Shown: in pieces, positions 46,475 through 57,005 of the stretch
Layout: each line of letters opens with the position of its first letter
Position numbering within the stretch: the first letter of the stretch is position 1
DNA from: Acidimicrobiales bacterium
Lineage (GTDB): Bacteria; Actinomycetota; Acidimicrobiia; Acidimicrobiales; Bog-793
Direction: 5' to 3'
NCBI GenBank assembly: GCA_050013835.1
Contig: JBEKEM010000008.1
Coordinates: forward strand, 32,290 to 96,289
DNA length: 64,000 nt
Made by a program: the position numbers and the translations under genes
The notes under the pieces: generated by a model
Told to the model about the DNA's origin: nothing
The model's database searches: none
What the model saw: only the letters and a program-made list of their open reading frames with translations

Positions 46475-47892
46475 GATGGCAGCTGCACCCTGGCGGCAGA
46501 AAGGAACTGCCGCTCGTACGCCTCTTCGGGGTACGCACTCGTGGCGGAGGTGCCTCTCACCCTGGTGATGGCGCCTGTCGCGTCGCGTTCGAAGACGAAA
46601 CGCTCACCCTCGCTCTCGTAGCCGTCGCGGGCACGGACCAGATTCGCCGTCGCGCCGTCCTCGATCGTGAGCTCGCCGGACACCTCCGCGGGGTCGTTGG
46701 ACGTCAGCGGCACGTAGAGCAGCCGGTCGCCGAAGACCGCCAGGTCGTACATCCCCCAGAGGTTGGCGAACCGGCCCGAGAACTCGCTCGGATCGAAGCC
46801 CGGCGCGTGGGCGGGAACTGCCTCGTCGCGGCGGGCCACGAGGTCGATGAGCCGGAAGATCCCGGTACACAGTTCGGCCGCTGGCGTGTCGATGGCGTTG
46901 CCCAGCACGGAGACGACCACGGCGTCCTTGGGATCGCACAGGGTCTTCGTGGAGTGCCCCGGGTAGCCACCGGAGTGACCGATGAGGCGTCGCCCGCCGA
47001 TGTCGAGGATCTGCAAGCCCAGGCCGTAGTGCTCGTTCTCGCGCTGAGTCCACCAGGGGTGCTGCATGCGCCGCTTGGCCGCGTCGCCGAGCAACCGCTC
47101 GTCGCCGAAACAGAGGGCGCCGAAGAAGCTGACAAGGTCGTCCGCCGTGCTCGTGAACCCCGTGGCGGGCGCCAGCGCGTTGGTCGGGACGGGGTCGATC
47201 GGAATGCGGGACCGGCCGTTGCCGCTGTGGGTATGGCCGGCCGCGTAGCGCGCCGCTTGGTCGGCGACGAAGTCGGGGAAGGTGTTGGCGAGGCCGAGCG
47301 GCGTGATAATCGCCTCGCGCAGGTGCCGGGCATAGTCGTGACCTGTGACCGCCTCGATGACGAGGCCGAGGAGCCCGTAGCCGATGTTCGAGTAGTGGAA
47401 GCGTTCGTTGGCGCCAAAGGGCGACGGACTGCGGGAGAGCAGTGCCCTCAGCTCCGACGCGTCCGGGAACCGGCGCCGGAGCTGCCAGTAGTCACCGTCG
47501 CTGCCGTCGCGGATGACGCCGCCCCCGTGGCAGAGCAACTCCCCGACCGTCCGTCCCGCCAGGCCCGCCACCGCCGGATCGTCGGCGAGCCACCCGAGGT
47601 GGCGCGAAAGGCAGTCGTCGAGGTGCACCGCCGGTTCGCGCTGCCCGGCGAGTTGCACGATCGCCGTCGCGGTAAAGGTCTTCGAATGCGAGGCGATGCA
47701 AAAGAGGTGCTCCCTCGTCAGCGGTTCCCCCGAGGCGAGATCCGCCTGGCCGTGGGCACCGCTCGCGATGATCGAGCCTTCATGGGCGATCGCAAACTGG
47801 ACGCCGGGGATCCCGAGCATCCGTTGGCGCTGCGCGAGCCAACCATCCGCCCACGCCGCGACATCCTCGAGGAGTCCCCGGGTCACCGCCAC
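46471..47892 (-). CDS. Serine hydrolase, beta-lactamase class C-like
   Basis: SHSK (SxxK), YSN, HSGG. Confidence 0.9.
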   Translation of the reverse strand: MAVTRGLLEDVAAWADGWLAQRQRMLGIPGVQFAIAHEGSIIASGAHGQADLASGEPLTREHLFCIASHSKTFTATAIVQLAGQREPAVHLDDCLSRHLGWLADDPAVAGLAGRTVGELLCHGGGVIRDGSDGDYWQLRRRFPDASELRALLSRSPSPFGANERFHYSNIGYGLLGLVIEAVTGHDYARHLREAIITPLGLANTFPDFVADQAARYAAGHTHSGNGRSRIPIDPVPTNALAPATGFTSTADDLVSFFGALCFGDERLLGDAAKRRMQHPWWTQRENEHYGLGLQILDIGGRRLIGHSGGYPGHSTKTLCDPKDAVVVSVLGNAIDTPAAELCTGIFRLIDLVARRDEAVPAHAPGFDPSEFSGRFANLWGMYDLAVFGDRLLYVPLTSNDPAEVSGELTIEDGATANLVRARDGYESEGERFVFERDATGAITRVRGTSATSAYPEEAYERQFLSAARVQLPS

Positions 47893-48051
47893 GGCACCTG
47901 ATCGTACGGCCCCGCCCGTAGGGAAACCGGCGGTCGACGCGCGTCGCGTCGGGCCGATACCGCGCGAGCGGCGCGATCAGGTGACCCGGCAGCAGCCCGG
48001 GCCTCTGACCACGCTGTACAGCCGTCTCCCTGAGTGGGCTACGTTGGCGAC

Positions 48052-48792
48052 ATGGACTCCTTTACGCGACGACGCGTGTCGCGCCTCTTTCCCGTTCTCG
48101 TCTTCGGCGCTGGCGCCCTCGTCAGCTGGACCGCGCTCCCCATTCCGGCTTCGGCGGCGACCACCTCACCAACCTCGCTTCTCGCCGCCAGCGAAGCGGC
48201 GATCGCCAAGCAGTCAGCCGTCCACGTGGCGGTCATGATCAAGTCCAGCCCCACCGCGGCCGTCGAGAACGTGACCGGTGACTGGGGGAAGACGGGTGGC
48301 ACCGAGACCGTCTCGCTTGGCAAGGCGTTGCTGGTCGTCAAGGCGATTGGCGGTTTCGCCTACCTGAGCGGGAACTCCTCAGGACTGACCAAGATCTTCG
48401 GCTTCACCGCCGCGCTCGCCAAGAAGATCGGCAAGCACTGGGTGTCCTACAGCTCCAAAACGAGCCAGTACGGCGATCTCGCCCCCGGCCTCAAGATCTC
48501 CTCGGCGAAGGGCGTGCTTCCCAAGGCCAAGGGCACGAAGTTGTCAACCGAGGTCGTAAAGAACACCAAGATGTTCGTCCTCAAGTGGACGGTCGCGGAG
48601 TCGGCGTCCGCTCCAGAACTGAAATTCTCGTTGCTCATCCCGGCCGTGGGCATCGCGCTGCCCCTCGAGGAGACCGTGTCGACCACGACCGGCGGCAAGG
48701 AGACGATCACGTTCTCGAAATGGGGTGAGCACGTCGTCGTCTCGGCTCCGCCGGCGGACATGACCGTCGCCTCCACCAAGATCACTGGCTGA
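48052..48792 (+). CDS. Hypothetical secreted protein (possible LppX/LolA-like beta fold)
   Basis: Signal peptide ending in ASA; Lys/Thr-rich beta pattern; FSKWGE.V.V.AP C-terminus. Confidence 0.7.
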   Translation: MDSFTRRRVSRLFPVLVFGAGALVSWTALPIPASAATTSPTSLLAASEAAIAKQSAVHVAVMIKSSPTAAVENVTGDWGKTGGTETVSLGKALLVVKAIGGFAYLSGNSSGLTKIFGFTAALAKKIGKHWVSYSSKTSQYGDLAPGLKISSAKGVLPKAKGTKLSTEVVKNTKMFVLKWTVAESASAPELKFSLLIPAVGIALPLEETVSTTTGGKETITFSKWGEHVVVSAPPADMTVASTKITG

Positions 48793-49034
48793 GCGTCTCC
48801 CGTTCCCGGCGACGCACGGCGGGACCACAACCGCGGGCCGGTGACCGCGCTTGCCGGGTGCAACGACCGCAGAAGCCGTTCGCCGTGTCCCCGTCGGCTG
48901 CCTCCCGCGGTCACGCGGGTTCACCCGGCGGGCTCGACGCATTCGGGCGACACCTCGGGGCCTGCACAACAATCGACCCGGGCGACGCCTGCGACATCGT
49001 CGGATCTTGGACACGAGAGATCTCCGCTGGACCG

Positions 49035-51326
49035 TCACATCCCCCGGCGGGAAGGTCCCGGTTCGCGTGTCCGCGCGGCCGCTCGAGGAACCCTTCGAGC
49101 GTGGACCGGTGCCAGCCTGACGAGACGGGCGGACGGCACGTGGGGGAGCGTCAGGACGAGCTCGGCGCGAGATGCACTCCAGTCGAGCTCGCCGGCGGCG
49201 CTCGGCGGGAACAGCACCTCGCCGAGAAGCTCCACGCCACGCAGGTGATCGATCGCGAGCACGACCTTGTCGTCGCCGCCCCCTGCACCGAGATCCGACC
49301 CGCCGTCGATCGCCTCGCGGTGCCACACCACGACGTAAGCGGCCGACTCGGATCGCATCCCGAGAGCGATCCAGGGATCGGACCACCCGGGCAGGCCGAG
49401 CGGCCAGAACGGGGTCGCCGTAGCCAGATCCTGCCTGATCCGCTTGTAGACGGTGATCGCCTCCGCCACGAGCTGCAGTTGGCTCTCGCTCATCCCGTCG
49501 ATGAACCCCGAGAGGTGAATCCGGCCCAGGAGGGCGTTGCACAGCGTGAAAGCGATCTCCTCGTCGCTCCACCCCGGTTGCGGGTATGCCCAGCTGGCGG
49601 CCTGTTCCGGCGCGATCGCAACCGGAGCGGCTGCTGCGATGGGCGGGTAGCGCAGGAAGTTCTGCTGGTCGCTCGTGGATTGGAGCTGGAAGCGTGACAG
49701 CATCGCGTAGTCGCTCCGCATCCCCCCCGAGGCGCAGCTCTCCAGGACGAGGTCCGGGTAGCGGTCGAGGAGCCGGTCCGCCCACGCGAGCAACGCCCGG
49801 TTATGCGCCAGCATCCCGACGCCGGTGCTCACGTGTCCCCGGTCGGTCCCCGGCCCGACGTTGAAGTTGTAATCCATCTTGAGATACCCGACTCCGAGAT
49901 CCCCGACGAGGAAATCGACCACCTCGTCGAGGTAGCTCGTCGCGGCCGGATGGGAGAAGTCGAGGTGGTACCTGCCCTGTTCGACTACGCGTTCTCCGTC
50001 GCGGGTGAAGAAGGCCTCGGCAGGAAGCTCGTCTGCGACGGGATTACCCACTCCGACGACCTCCGGTTCGAGCCAGAGCCCGGGGACCATGCCCTCCGAC
50101 CTGATGAGGTCGAGCACCGCTTTCAGGCCGTCGGAGAACCTCGACTTGGACGGCTTCCATTCGCCTAGCGCGGCCTCCCAGCCTTCGTCGATCTCGCTGT
50201 ACCAGCCGGAATCGATGCAGAAATACTCCACGCCGACCTTGGCCGCGGCACCGATCAATGGCGTCAGCCGCTCCGTGGTCGGCGCGCCCATGAGGGTGTT
50301 CATGAAGTCGTTGAAGATGACCGGGAGGCGCCGATGGTCATCATGGGGCCGCCGCACCGCCCGGCGGTAGTTCGTGAGACGGGCCACAGCCCCGGCAATG
50401 CCCTCGCCGCTCAGCGCGACGGCCGCCGGGACGGTCTCGAAGGCCTCTCCCGGCTGGAGGACGAGACGCCAATGATGCTCGGCGTCGGTCGGCCCGAGCA
50501 GCGCGAGATAGGCCTGCGTTGCTCCTGTCGAGGAGCCGTCCGTCTCATCGGCGTCAGACGCGCGCTCGCCCACTTGCCAGTGCCAGCCACCGTTGTGCTC
50601 GATCTGCCACACCCATGCATTACCCGATCGTCGATTGATCGCCGCGCCCATCGGAAGGTACGTCCCCGAGGACCAGCCCCCGAAACTCGTCACTCCGAAC
50701 CGGCCCCGGGAATCGTGCAGATGGAAGCCGCGGTCCAGATCCGGCAAGGCGTCTCGCAGCGCTCGGCTCTGCCAGCGGTACTCGGCGAGCCAGTCGTTCT
50801 CCGCCCAGAGGACGTCGACATCACCCAACCGGTCGGCCGAACCGGTCAGCCCTGAGAAGAGGAACGAGGTCACGGAATCGAGGGTCACGGGAGCATCGCC
50901 TCCGTTGACCACGTGGACCCGGGAGCGCAGTACTCCGCCGTTCTCGAGAACGGCGTAGACCACCTCGGCCCGCAGTCCGGTGACCGGGTCCTCTAGTTCG
51001 ACGCGCAGATCGCGCCAGGGGGCCCGAAGGCCCTGCGTGTGCCTGACGTAGCGCAGCCGACCCCCGACGACCGACTCGGCATACCGCCTCCCCGACCAAG
51101 CCCGGCCACTGCCGGAGACGATGATGTCGACCAGCGGCAGGCCGGCGGGTCTCGTCCCGTCTCCTGGCGGCTCCCCCCGGTGTCCTTCGGCCCCCGACTC
51201 GCCACCGGTCGGACGCGGCACCAGACGGGCAAGTCGCGCCGTGCCCTCCCCGTCCACCTCGATCAACAACTCGAGCGCGTCGTCCACCCATCCAAACTCC
51301 GCCCGAGACGAACTGCGGGCACCCAA
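49035..51326 (-). CDS. Alpha-galactosidase, GH36 (melibiase) family
   Basis: FNDFMNTL, YFCIDSGWY, GLWLEPEV, YLKMDYN, ESCASGGMR.D, STSD; TTG at 51326 after GAGGAGG. Confidence 0.88.
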   Translation of the reverse strand: MGARSSSRAEFGWVDDALELLIEVDGEGTARLARLVPRPTGGESGAEGHRGEPPGDGTRPAGLPLVDIIVSGSGRAWSGRRYAESVVGGRLRYVRHTQGLRAPWRDLRVELEDPVTGLRAEVVYAVLENGGVLRSRVHVVNGGDAPVTLDSVTSFLFSGLTGSADRLGDVDVLWAENDWLAEYRWQSRALRDALPDLDRGFHLHDSRGRFGVTSFGGWSSGTYLPMGAAINRRSGNAWVWQIEHNGGWHWQVGERASDADETDGSSTGATQAYLALLGPTDAEHHWRLVLQPGEAFETVPAAVALSGEGIAGAVARLTNYRRAVRRPHDDHRRLPVIFNDFMNTLMGAPTTERLTPLIGAAAKVGVEYFCIDSGWYSEIDEGWEAALGEWKPSKSRFSDGLKAVLDLIRSEGMVPGLWLEPEVVGVGNPVADELPAEAFFTRDGERVVEQGRYHLDFSHPAATSYLDEVVDFLVGDLGVGYLKMDYNFNVGPGTDRGHVSTGVGMLAHNRALLAWADRLLDRYPDLVLESCASGGMRSDYAMLSRFQLQSTSDQQNFLRYPPIAAAAPVAIAPEQAASWAYPQPGWSDEEIAFTLCNALLGRIHLSGFIDGMSESQLQLVAEAITVYKRIRQDLATATPFWPLGLPGWSDPWIALGMRSESAAYVVVWHREAIDGGSDLGAGGGDDKVVLAIDHLRGVELLGEVLFPPSAAGELDWSASRAELVLTLPHVPSARLVRLAPVHARRVPRAAARTREPGPSRRGM

Positions 51327-51644
51327 GTTGATCCTCCTCACGCGAAGCAACGAATCTGCCACGGCATTCCCGAGGGGCCCGGCAGAGCCCCTGTTGACAG
51401 TCTCCGTGGCCAGGGGAGACCGTACATGTTCCGATTTCGCTGGGAAAAGCCTACTCGGCGCAATACCGCTGAAGGACCGGCTTCCCGCTACCGCCGGATC
51501 CAAGCGCGACGCCGCAACCCGGATCGACCTGTGCGGACTCCTCCGGAGGAACCTCGCCGACGCGGCCGACCGGACGACAAGGCTCGCTCGGACGGGCGGA
51601 ATCCCCGATCGCCCGTTCGCCCTGTCTTCGTCCGTCGTAGCCTC

Positions 51645-52979
51645 GTGGACGTGCGCAACGTCACGGGCCAACTCGGCCGAGTCGGAGCGGCGATCACCGT
51701 CGGCCTCGCCCTTGCCGCCATGGTCTTCGCCGCGTCCACCGCCACAACCGCCGGCGCCACGGCGGGGCCGGATCACCCGGTCTTCCTCTGGCTCCAGGTG
51801 AGCAGAAGATCGGTGCCCTACACAGGAGGGTCGGTTTGGTTCATCTTCCGGGTACGGCACTCCAACGAATGCCGCCTTGTCGCCGCGGGCGCCGGGGCCG
51901 GCAGCGTGACGGTTCCCGTGACTTGGCGGCGGTGCTCGAACGGCATCTACCGCGCGCAGGTGGCGTTCGGAGCGAATTCTGCACCTGCGGCACGGTTGAT
52001 CGCCTTCCGCGCCTACCTCCGACGGGGGACCGCCATCTACTGGGAGCCCCTCGGCAGCATCCGGGTCGACGGGGCGCCCCGGCCCGCGAACCCGTCAACG
52101 CCCCTCAGCACGAATGTCGCGATGAGCCTCACCTCATCCGCGGCCGGCAACCGCACGACGTCTGAGCTGGTCGAGTACTCCGCATCGCTCTCGGCCACAT
52201 GCCAGGACTCCGACGGGGATACCCTCCCGTGCCCGGTCCCGACCGGGACGGTGTCCTGGATGTCCGACGGCGCGGATCTCAGGGGGAACCTCACCAGCCA
52301 GAGCAGCCCGATCCCGACCTGCGGCGGTGCCGTGGGGAGTGCCAACACAGAGGGCACGTGCGACGTCACCTTCGGCGCCTACGGCGACGAATGGGTCTCG
52401 GCCGTCTACACCAGCGCGTCGGCGTCGTCGGTGACGCGGACCCTGGAGGTCCAGCTCGAGGCGCCCGTCGACCTCGGAGCCGGCCTCGCCTACTCGGGAT
52501 ACGGCAACGTCGGGCCCGACGCGACCGACGACTGCACGATGGCTTCGGTCGCCGACTGGATCGAGACGTCTCTCGGGACGGTCCCCGACTACCAGGAGAC
52601 GGTCGACGCCTACTGGCAAGCGGAGAAGCGATTCAACGGCGGGGAGGACGTGGGCCTCAACGTGCGGGACCTCCTGACCTTCTGGCAGGACACGGGGATC
52701 GACGGGACGTACCTGACGGACGCGACCCCGCTCTCTTCCGACGCGGAGATCGAGACCTACCTCTCGGGGGGCCGCGCGCTGATCGCCGATGCGACCCTGC
52801 CGAAGGGCTTCCCGCCGGGGCAACCGGGCGGTGGTCACCAGTGGCTCATCGTCGGCTACTCCAGCTTCGGGCCGATGATCGTGACCTGGGGGCAGGAGGT
52901 CCAGCTCAGCTGGGCGCGCTTCGACCGTCTGACTTGGTCCGAAGGTGGCGATGCGCTCGCGGTCGCCGTGCGCTCCTAA
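51645..52979 (+). CDS. Secreted protein with Ig-like domains and a C-terminal papain-like cysteine peptidase domain
   Basis: Signal peptide; DDCTMAS (Cys), GGHQWLIVGY (His), IVTWG. Start uncertain. Confidence 0.6.
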   Translation: MDVRNVTGQLGRVGAAITVGLALAAMVFAASTATTAGATAGPDHPVFLWLQVSRRSVPYTGGSVWFIFRVRHSNECRLVAAGAGAGSVTVPVTWRRCSNGIYRAQVAFGANSAPAARLIAFRAYLRRGTAIYWEPLGSIRVDGAPRPANPSTPLSTNVAMSLTSSAAGNRTTSELVEYSASLSATCQDSDGDTLPCPVPTGTVSWMSDGADLRGNLTSQSSPIPTCGGAVGSANTEGTCDVTFGAYGDEWVSAVYTSASASSVTRTLEVQLEAPVDLGAGLAYSGYGNVGPDATDDCTMASVADWIETSLGTVPDYQETVDAYWQAEKRFNGGEDVGLNVRDLLTFWQDTGIDGTYLTDATPLSSDAEIETYLSGGRALIADATLPKGFPPGQPGGGHQWLIVGYSSFGPMIVTWGQEVQLSWARFDRLTWSEGGDALAVAVRS

Positions 52980-53428
52980 CCGGGGCGACCCTGACCGCCG
53001 GGTAGGCCACCCGTATCCTCATACCGGGCTGCCGTGAAGGCGATCACCGTCGGGACGTCGATCGCGAAGACGACGAGCGACAAGATGAGCACGACCAACG
53101 TGCTCCCGCCCGTGTGGTCGTAGAGAAAAACGAACACCCCCACCCCGGTGATGACCGCATAGGCGAGCAGGCTCCACCTGGCCACCAGGAAGAACGTTCG
53201 CCACGCAAAGGGGCTGATCCGGCTGAGCAGCGTCAACGCCACCGCGGTGAGTACCGCTCCGCCGACCAGCAGCCCGACGACCGGCCCCAGGGGGGGATGC
53301 CGCGGCAGGTGCGCCGCCAGGTCGACGCCTCCCGCCAGCATGAGCGCAAGCGACGCCACCGTAAGTTCCGCGACCGGCGGCAGGCGGCGCGCGGGCACGG
53401 GCGGCAGTTCGGGTTCGGTGGCGGTCAT
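52976..53428 (-). CDS. Hypothetical 4-TM membrane protein
   Basis: Four hydrophobic helices; ATGA overlap with the upstream gene. Confidence 0.75.
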   Translation of the reverse strand: MTATEPELPPVPARRLPPVAELTVASLALMLAGGVDLAAHLPRHPPLGPVVGLLVGGAVLTAVALTLLSRISPFAWRTFFLVARWSLLAYAVITGVGVFVFLYDHTGGSTLVVLILSLVVFAIDVPTVIAFTAARYEDTGGLPGGQGRPG

Positions 53429-54060
53429 GACGTGGCGACCCTGGTCATGATGAGCAGCGTGGCCACTTGCAGGGCTCCGGTCACGCCCGCCGTCAGGATG
53501 AAGCGGCGCATCAGCCGGGCGATGACCGCCCCGTTGGGTCGCGGCCTTTTCAGCTCGAAGAGCACGGCGATGTTGGCGGGCTCGAGCAGGCCGAGGGCGA
53601 TGACCGCCATGACTGCCACGACGATGAAGGCGGCCACCAGCCAAGCGTGCTCCGGGTAGGTGCTCGCCAGGTCGCCGAGGTGACGGGCGAGCTGCCACCC
53701 CGCACCCAGCGTGCAGACGACCAGGGTCGGCATGATCAGGATCATCTTGGGCATGAGGCGGGTGGTGAACTCGATCCGCGCCGGAATCGACAGCCGGCCC
53801 ATGATCGGGCCGATCACGAAGCCGAGGAATAGGTCGAGCGCGGTCCACATCCCGCCCCCGACGACGTGGAAGAAGTCGATGCCCCACAACGTGTTCGTCG
53901 CGATCACGGTGACGAGCCCGGCGAGGACGACCGCCACGATGGGAAGTCCCCTGAGCGGAACGATCCGGAATCCCGGAACCGGCGGGGCGGTGGCGCGGCC
54001 CGACTCCGAGTCGCCGGACCCCGCAGCCGTCGGTGAGTCGTGCAACGCGTCTACCGCCAT
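53425..54060 (-). CDS. Hypothetical membrane protein
   Basis: About 5 TM helices, FFHVVGGGMWT.LDLF.G motif. Start approximate. Confidence 0.75.
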   Translation of the reverse strand: MAVDALHDSPTAAGSGDSESGRATAPPVPGFRIVPLRGLPIVAVVLAGLVTVIATNTLWGIDFFHVVGGGMWTALDLFLGFVIGPIMGRLSIPARIEFTTRLMPKMILIMPTLVVCTLGAGWQLARHLGDLASTYPEHAWLVAAFIVVAVMAVIALGLLEPANIAVLFELKRPRPNGAVIARLMRRFILTAGVTGALQVATLLIMTRVATS

Positions 54061-54754
54061 ACGTCCCCCCCCCGATACGGTGCCCGCCGTGAACGCTCTC
54101 GGCCGCGTCCCGCGGACCCCGCCCATCTCTACGAGCTGGTGAGCCTCCGGCTTCCACCATAACGATGGCACCCTCTGCGGTGTCCCGCCGGGCTCTGTGG
54201 GCGTGCGCCGTACCGTGAAACTTGGACCGGCCGCCGACCGCTTGGTTCCGCCCGTGCCAGGCAAGAACGCGAAGCCGCGAACGCCACCCTCAACCCGTGA
54301 CCGCAGGGACGGACGTCGCGCGACGTGCCTTCGGCCCCCCGCGACGACGGCTCCCGGACCGGCCCTGGCCCGGGGTTCTCGAGGCCCGTCACGAGATGGC
54401 AACTGGCCGAGGGACGCCACGCGGTTGACGGGCACGATGGTCTCCGACACGAGAAGCGCGCCCGGCGCGGCACGCGGACGAGCGCCGGCATCAGCTGGGC
54501 GTCCGCGGCGCACAACCGCGAGGTCGAGCTCGAACCGCGCCAGATGGCGACCGGCGGCGTGCTGCCGAGGCCCCGCTGGGTGCTGAAGGGGCGGGGGGCG
54601 GCCCTGCCGGCGGGGGCGATCGGCGCGGCGGTTTTCCGACCCCACAACCCGAGGGCATCCGTCGAATCGGGGTTGACGCCGATAGTAAGCTCACGACAGT
54701 CCGTGTTGTCCGTGTCGCACGATGTACGCGGGCGATTTTCGAGGAGGAGAAACA

Positions 54755-55939
54755 ATGGCGCGGATCACCCTTGACAAGGTGACCAAGGTCTACTCGAACG
54801 GGTTCGAGGCGGTTCACGAGCTCGACCTGGACGTCGCTGAGGGCGAGTTCATGGTCCTCGTCGGGCCCTCGGGCTGCGGCAAGACCACGGCACTCAGGAT
54901 GGTCGCGGGGCTGGAAGCCATCACCGAAGGTGAGGTCCGTATCGGCGACGAGGTCGTCAATGACATGTCGCCGAAAGACCGCGACGTCGCGATGGTCTTC
55001 CAGAACTACGCGCTCTACCCGCACATGACCGTGGCGCAGAACATCGGCTTCGCCTTGAAACTGCGCAAGGTGAAGAAAGCCGAGATCAAGAAGAAGGTGA
55101 ACGAGACGGCCGAACTCCTTGGCCTCACCGAGTGGATCGACCGCAAGCCGGGTCAGCTCTCGGGCGGCCAGCGCCAGCGGGTCGCCATGGGCCGGGCCAT
55201 CGTGCGCGAGCCGAAGGTTTTCTTGATGGACGAGCCCTTGTCGAACCTCGACGCCAAGCTGCGCGTCCAGATGCGCTCCGAGGTCCTGCGCATTCAGCGC
55301 CGGGTCGGCGTGGCGACGCTCTACGTCACCCACGACCAGGTGGAGGCGATGACGATGGGTGACCGGGTGGCGGTGCTGAGCGGAGGAGTACTCCAGCAAT
55401 GCGACAGCCCCCAGGCGCTCTATGACAACCCGACGAACCTCTTCGTGGCCGGCTTCATGGGCTCTCCGGCTATGAACCTGTATGAGGCTGCGATCGGCGA
55501 AGGAGCGAGTACCGTGCTCATCGGTAGCCAGAAGCTGCCCATCTCGGAAGCCGCGCTCTCGGCACGGCCACGCCTGCGCTCCTACGCCAACAAGTCCGTC
55601 GTGGTCGGGATCCGCCCCGAGGACCTGCCCGTCCTCGCCACCGACAACTCTGCGAGTGCGCCGGTGGCGACCTTCGTCGGCGACGTCGAGTGGGTCGAGG
55701 CCCTCGGCTCCGAGCAGCTCGTCCATTTCACCTGCGACGCCCATCAGATCGTGGTCAGCACCGCCAAGGACCACGAGGAGGAGGCGCTTGCCGAAGGCTC
55801 CTTCGCCAAGGCGGGCGAAGGGATCGCTCGCGTGGACGCCCGGGCCGAGCTCACGGTGGGCGGCCAGGTGCACTTCAACCTGGACGCGAGTCGAATCCAC
55901 TTCTTCGACGCCACCACGAGTGAGGCCATCGCCCGCTGA
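54755..55939 (+). CDS. msiK: Sugar ABC transporter ATP-binding protein (MsiK/UgpC/MalK)
   Basis: GPSGCGKT, VFQNYALYPHM, LSGGQRQR, DEPLSNLDAKLR; GAGGAG RBS. Confidence 0.9.
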   Translation: MARITLDKVTKVYSNGFEAVHELDLDVAEGEFMVLVGPSGCGKTTALRMVAGLEAITEGEVRIGDEVVNDMSPKDRDVAMVFQNYALYPHMTVAQNIGFALKLRKVKKAEIKKKVNETAELLGLTEWIDRKPGQLSGGQRQRVAMGRAIVREPKVFLMDEPLSNLDAKLRVQMRSEVLRIQRRVGVATLYVTHDQVEAMTMGDRVAVLSGGVLQQCDSPQALYDNPTNLFVAGFMGSPAMNLYEAAIGEGASTVLIGSQKLPISEAALSARPRLRSYANKSVVVGIRPEDLPVLATDNSASAPVATFVGDVEWVEALGSEQLVHFTCDAHQIVVSTAKDHEEEALAEGSFAKAGEGIARVDARAELTVGGQVHFNLDASRIHFFDATTSEAIAR

Positions 55940-56121
55940 CGGGGTCATTGCGGCGTTCTTCCCACCACGGGGCGGGCAGGCGCCCGAAACGCTCGAGGTC
56001 GGCCCGCCGACGGGCTTCGGTGGCGGCCACCTTGACCTCCAACAGATGGCATGTGGCGGGGACCCCCTCCGCTCGGGTACACGATGCGTGTACTTGTAGT
56101 CAGGAGCCACAGGAGGTCCCC

Positions 56122-56550
56122 ATGGGGATCGTATGTGGGCTGGACATCCACCGCGCCCAGATCACGTTCGACTACATCGATCTGCGCACTGGCGAGGAGG
56201 GACGGGACGTGATCCGTCCCGCCACCCGTGCGGAGTTCCGATCCTTCCTCGAACGATTCAGGAAGAGACACGCCGCGTTCGCGCTCGAGGGCACGACCGG
56301 ATGGCGTGTCGTCATCGAGGAGCTGTGCCGGGCCGGGATGGATCCCCACCACGCGGAGCCCGCGGAGACCTCGTCCCAGCGGGGACCGAAACGCCGCGCC
56401 AAGACCGATCGGGCCGACGCCCGGCTGCTCCGCGACCTGCTGTTGATCGATCGTCTCCCCGAGTGCTGGATCCCATCTGATCACGTCGCGGACCTGCGAA
56501 CCACGGCGCGGCTCCGCAAGGCCCTCGTCGGCGAGCGCTCCAGCTGGCTT
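56122..56550 (+). mobile_element. IS110-family transposase fragment (N-terminal DEDD domain only)
   Basis: GLDIH, ALEGT, KTDRADA; AGGAGG RBS. Similarity is lost near 56550 and the ORF stops at 56643. Confidence 0.85.
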
Positions 56551-56637
56551 GCCCGCAGCTGTCCGTGTCCCCAGCCTGCGAACGTGTTCTCGTTTGACGA
56601 GGTAGCGGTGGAATCAGACGACGAGACGGACGACGAG

Positions 56638-56808
56638 TCATGACCATGCAGCGTGGTACCTATGGGGAACCGTTTCTCGGCGCACACTTCGCGATTCCTT
56701 TGTTGCACCTCGGAGCATCCCGATCACCAGAACTCGCTGGGCGAACAAGAACGCGATGAGAGGGGGGATCGCGGCCAGAGTTGCCACCGTCAACTCCGGG
56801 TGGAGCAT
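56638..56808 (-). pseudogene. Orphan C-terminal fragment of a sugar ABC permease
   Basis: HPELTVATLAAIPPLIAFLFAQRVLVIGMLRGATKE matches the adjacent permease C-terminus RPELAMATLIAIAPVLLVFLFAQRTLVSGMLAGSTKE. Confidence 0.75.
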
Positions 56809-57005
56809 CTAGCTCTGACTCGTCACCACCTCCCGGTTGAACGAGAGGATGGCGGTCTCTCTGCCTTGAGAAGAGGCCACGTCGCGTCTCTGACGGACAC
56901 CGTCGCCACAACGGTCAGCTCCAATACGGTCCGCAACCCCGGGAGCCAGTAACTGGTCGTACCGGCTTGCAGGCGCCGCACGGCCAACTATCGCCTACGC
57001 CGTCC

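Noticed and set aside
54061-54754. ORFs or a LacI-like remnant upstream of msiK
   Set aside because: Translations are low-complexity with no convincing motif
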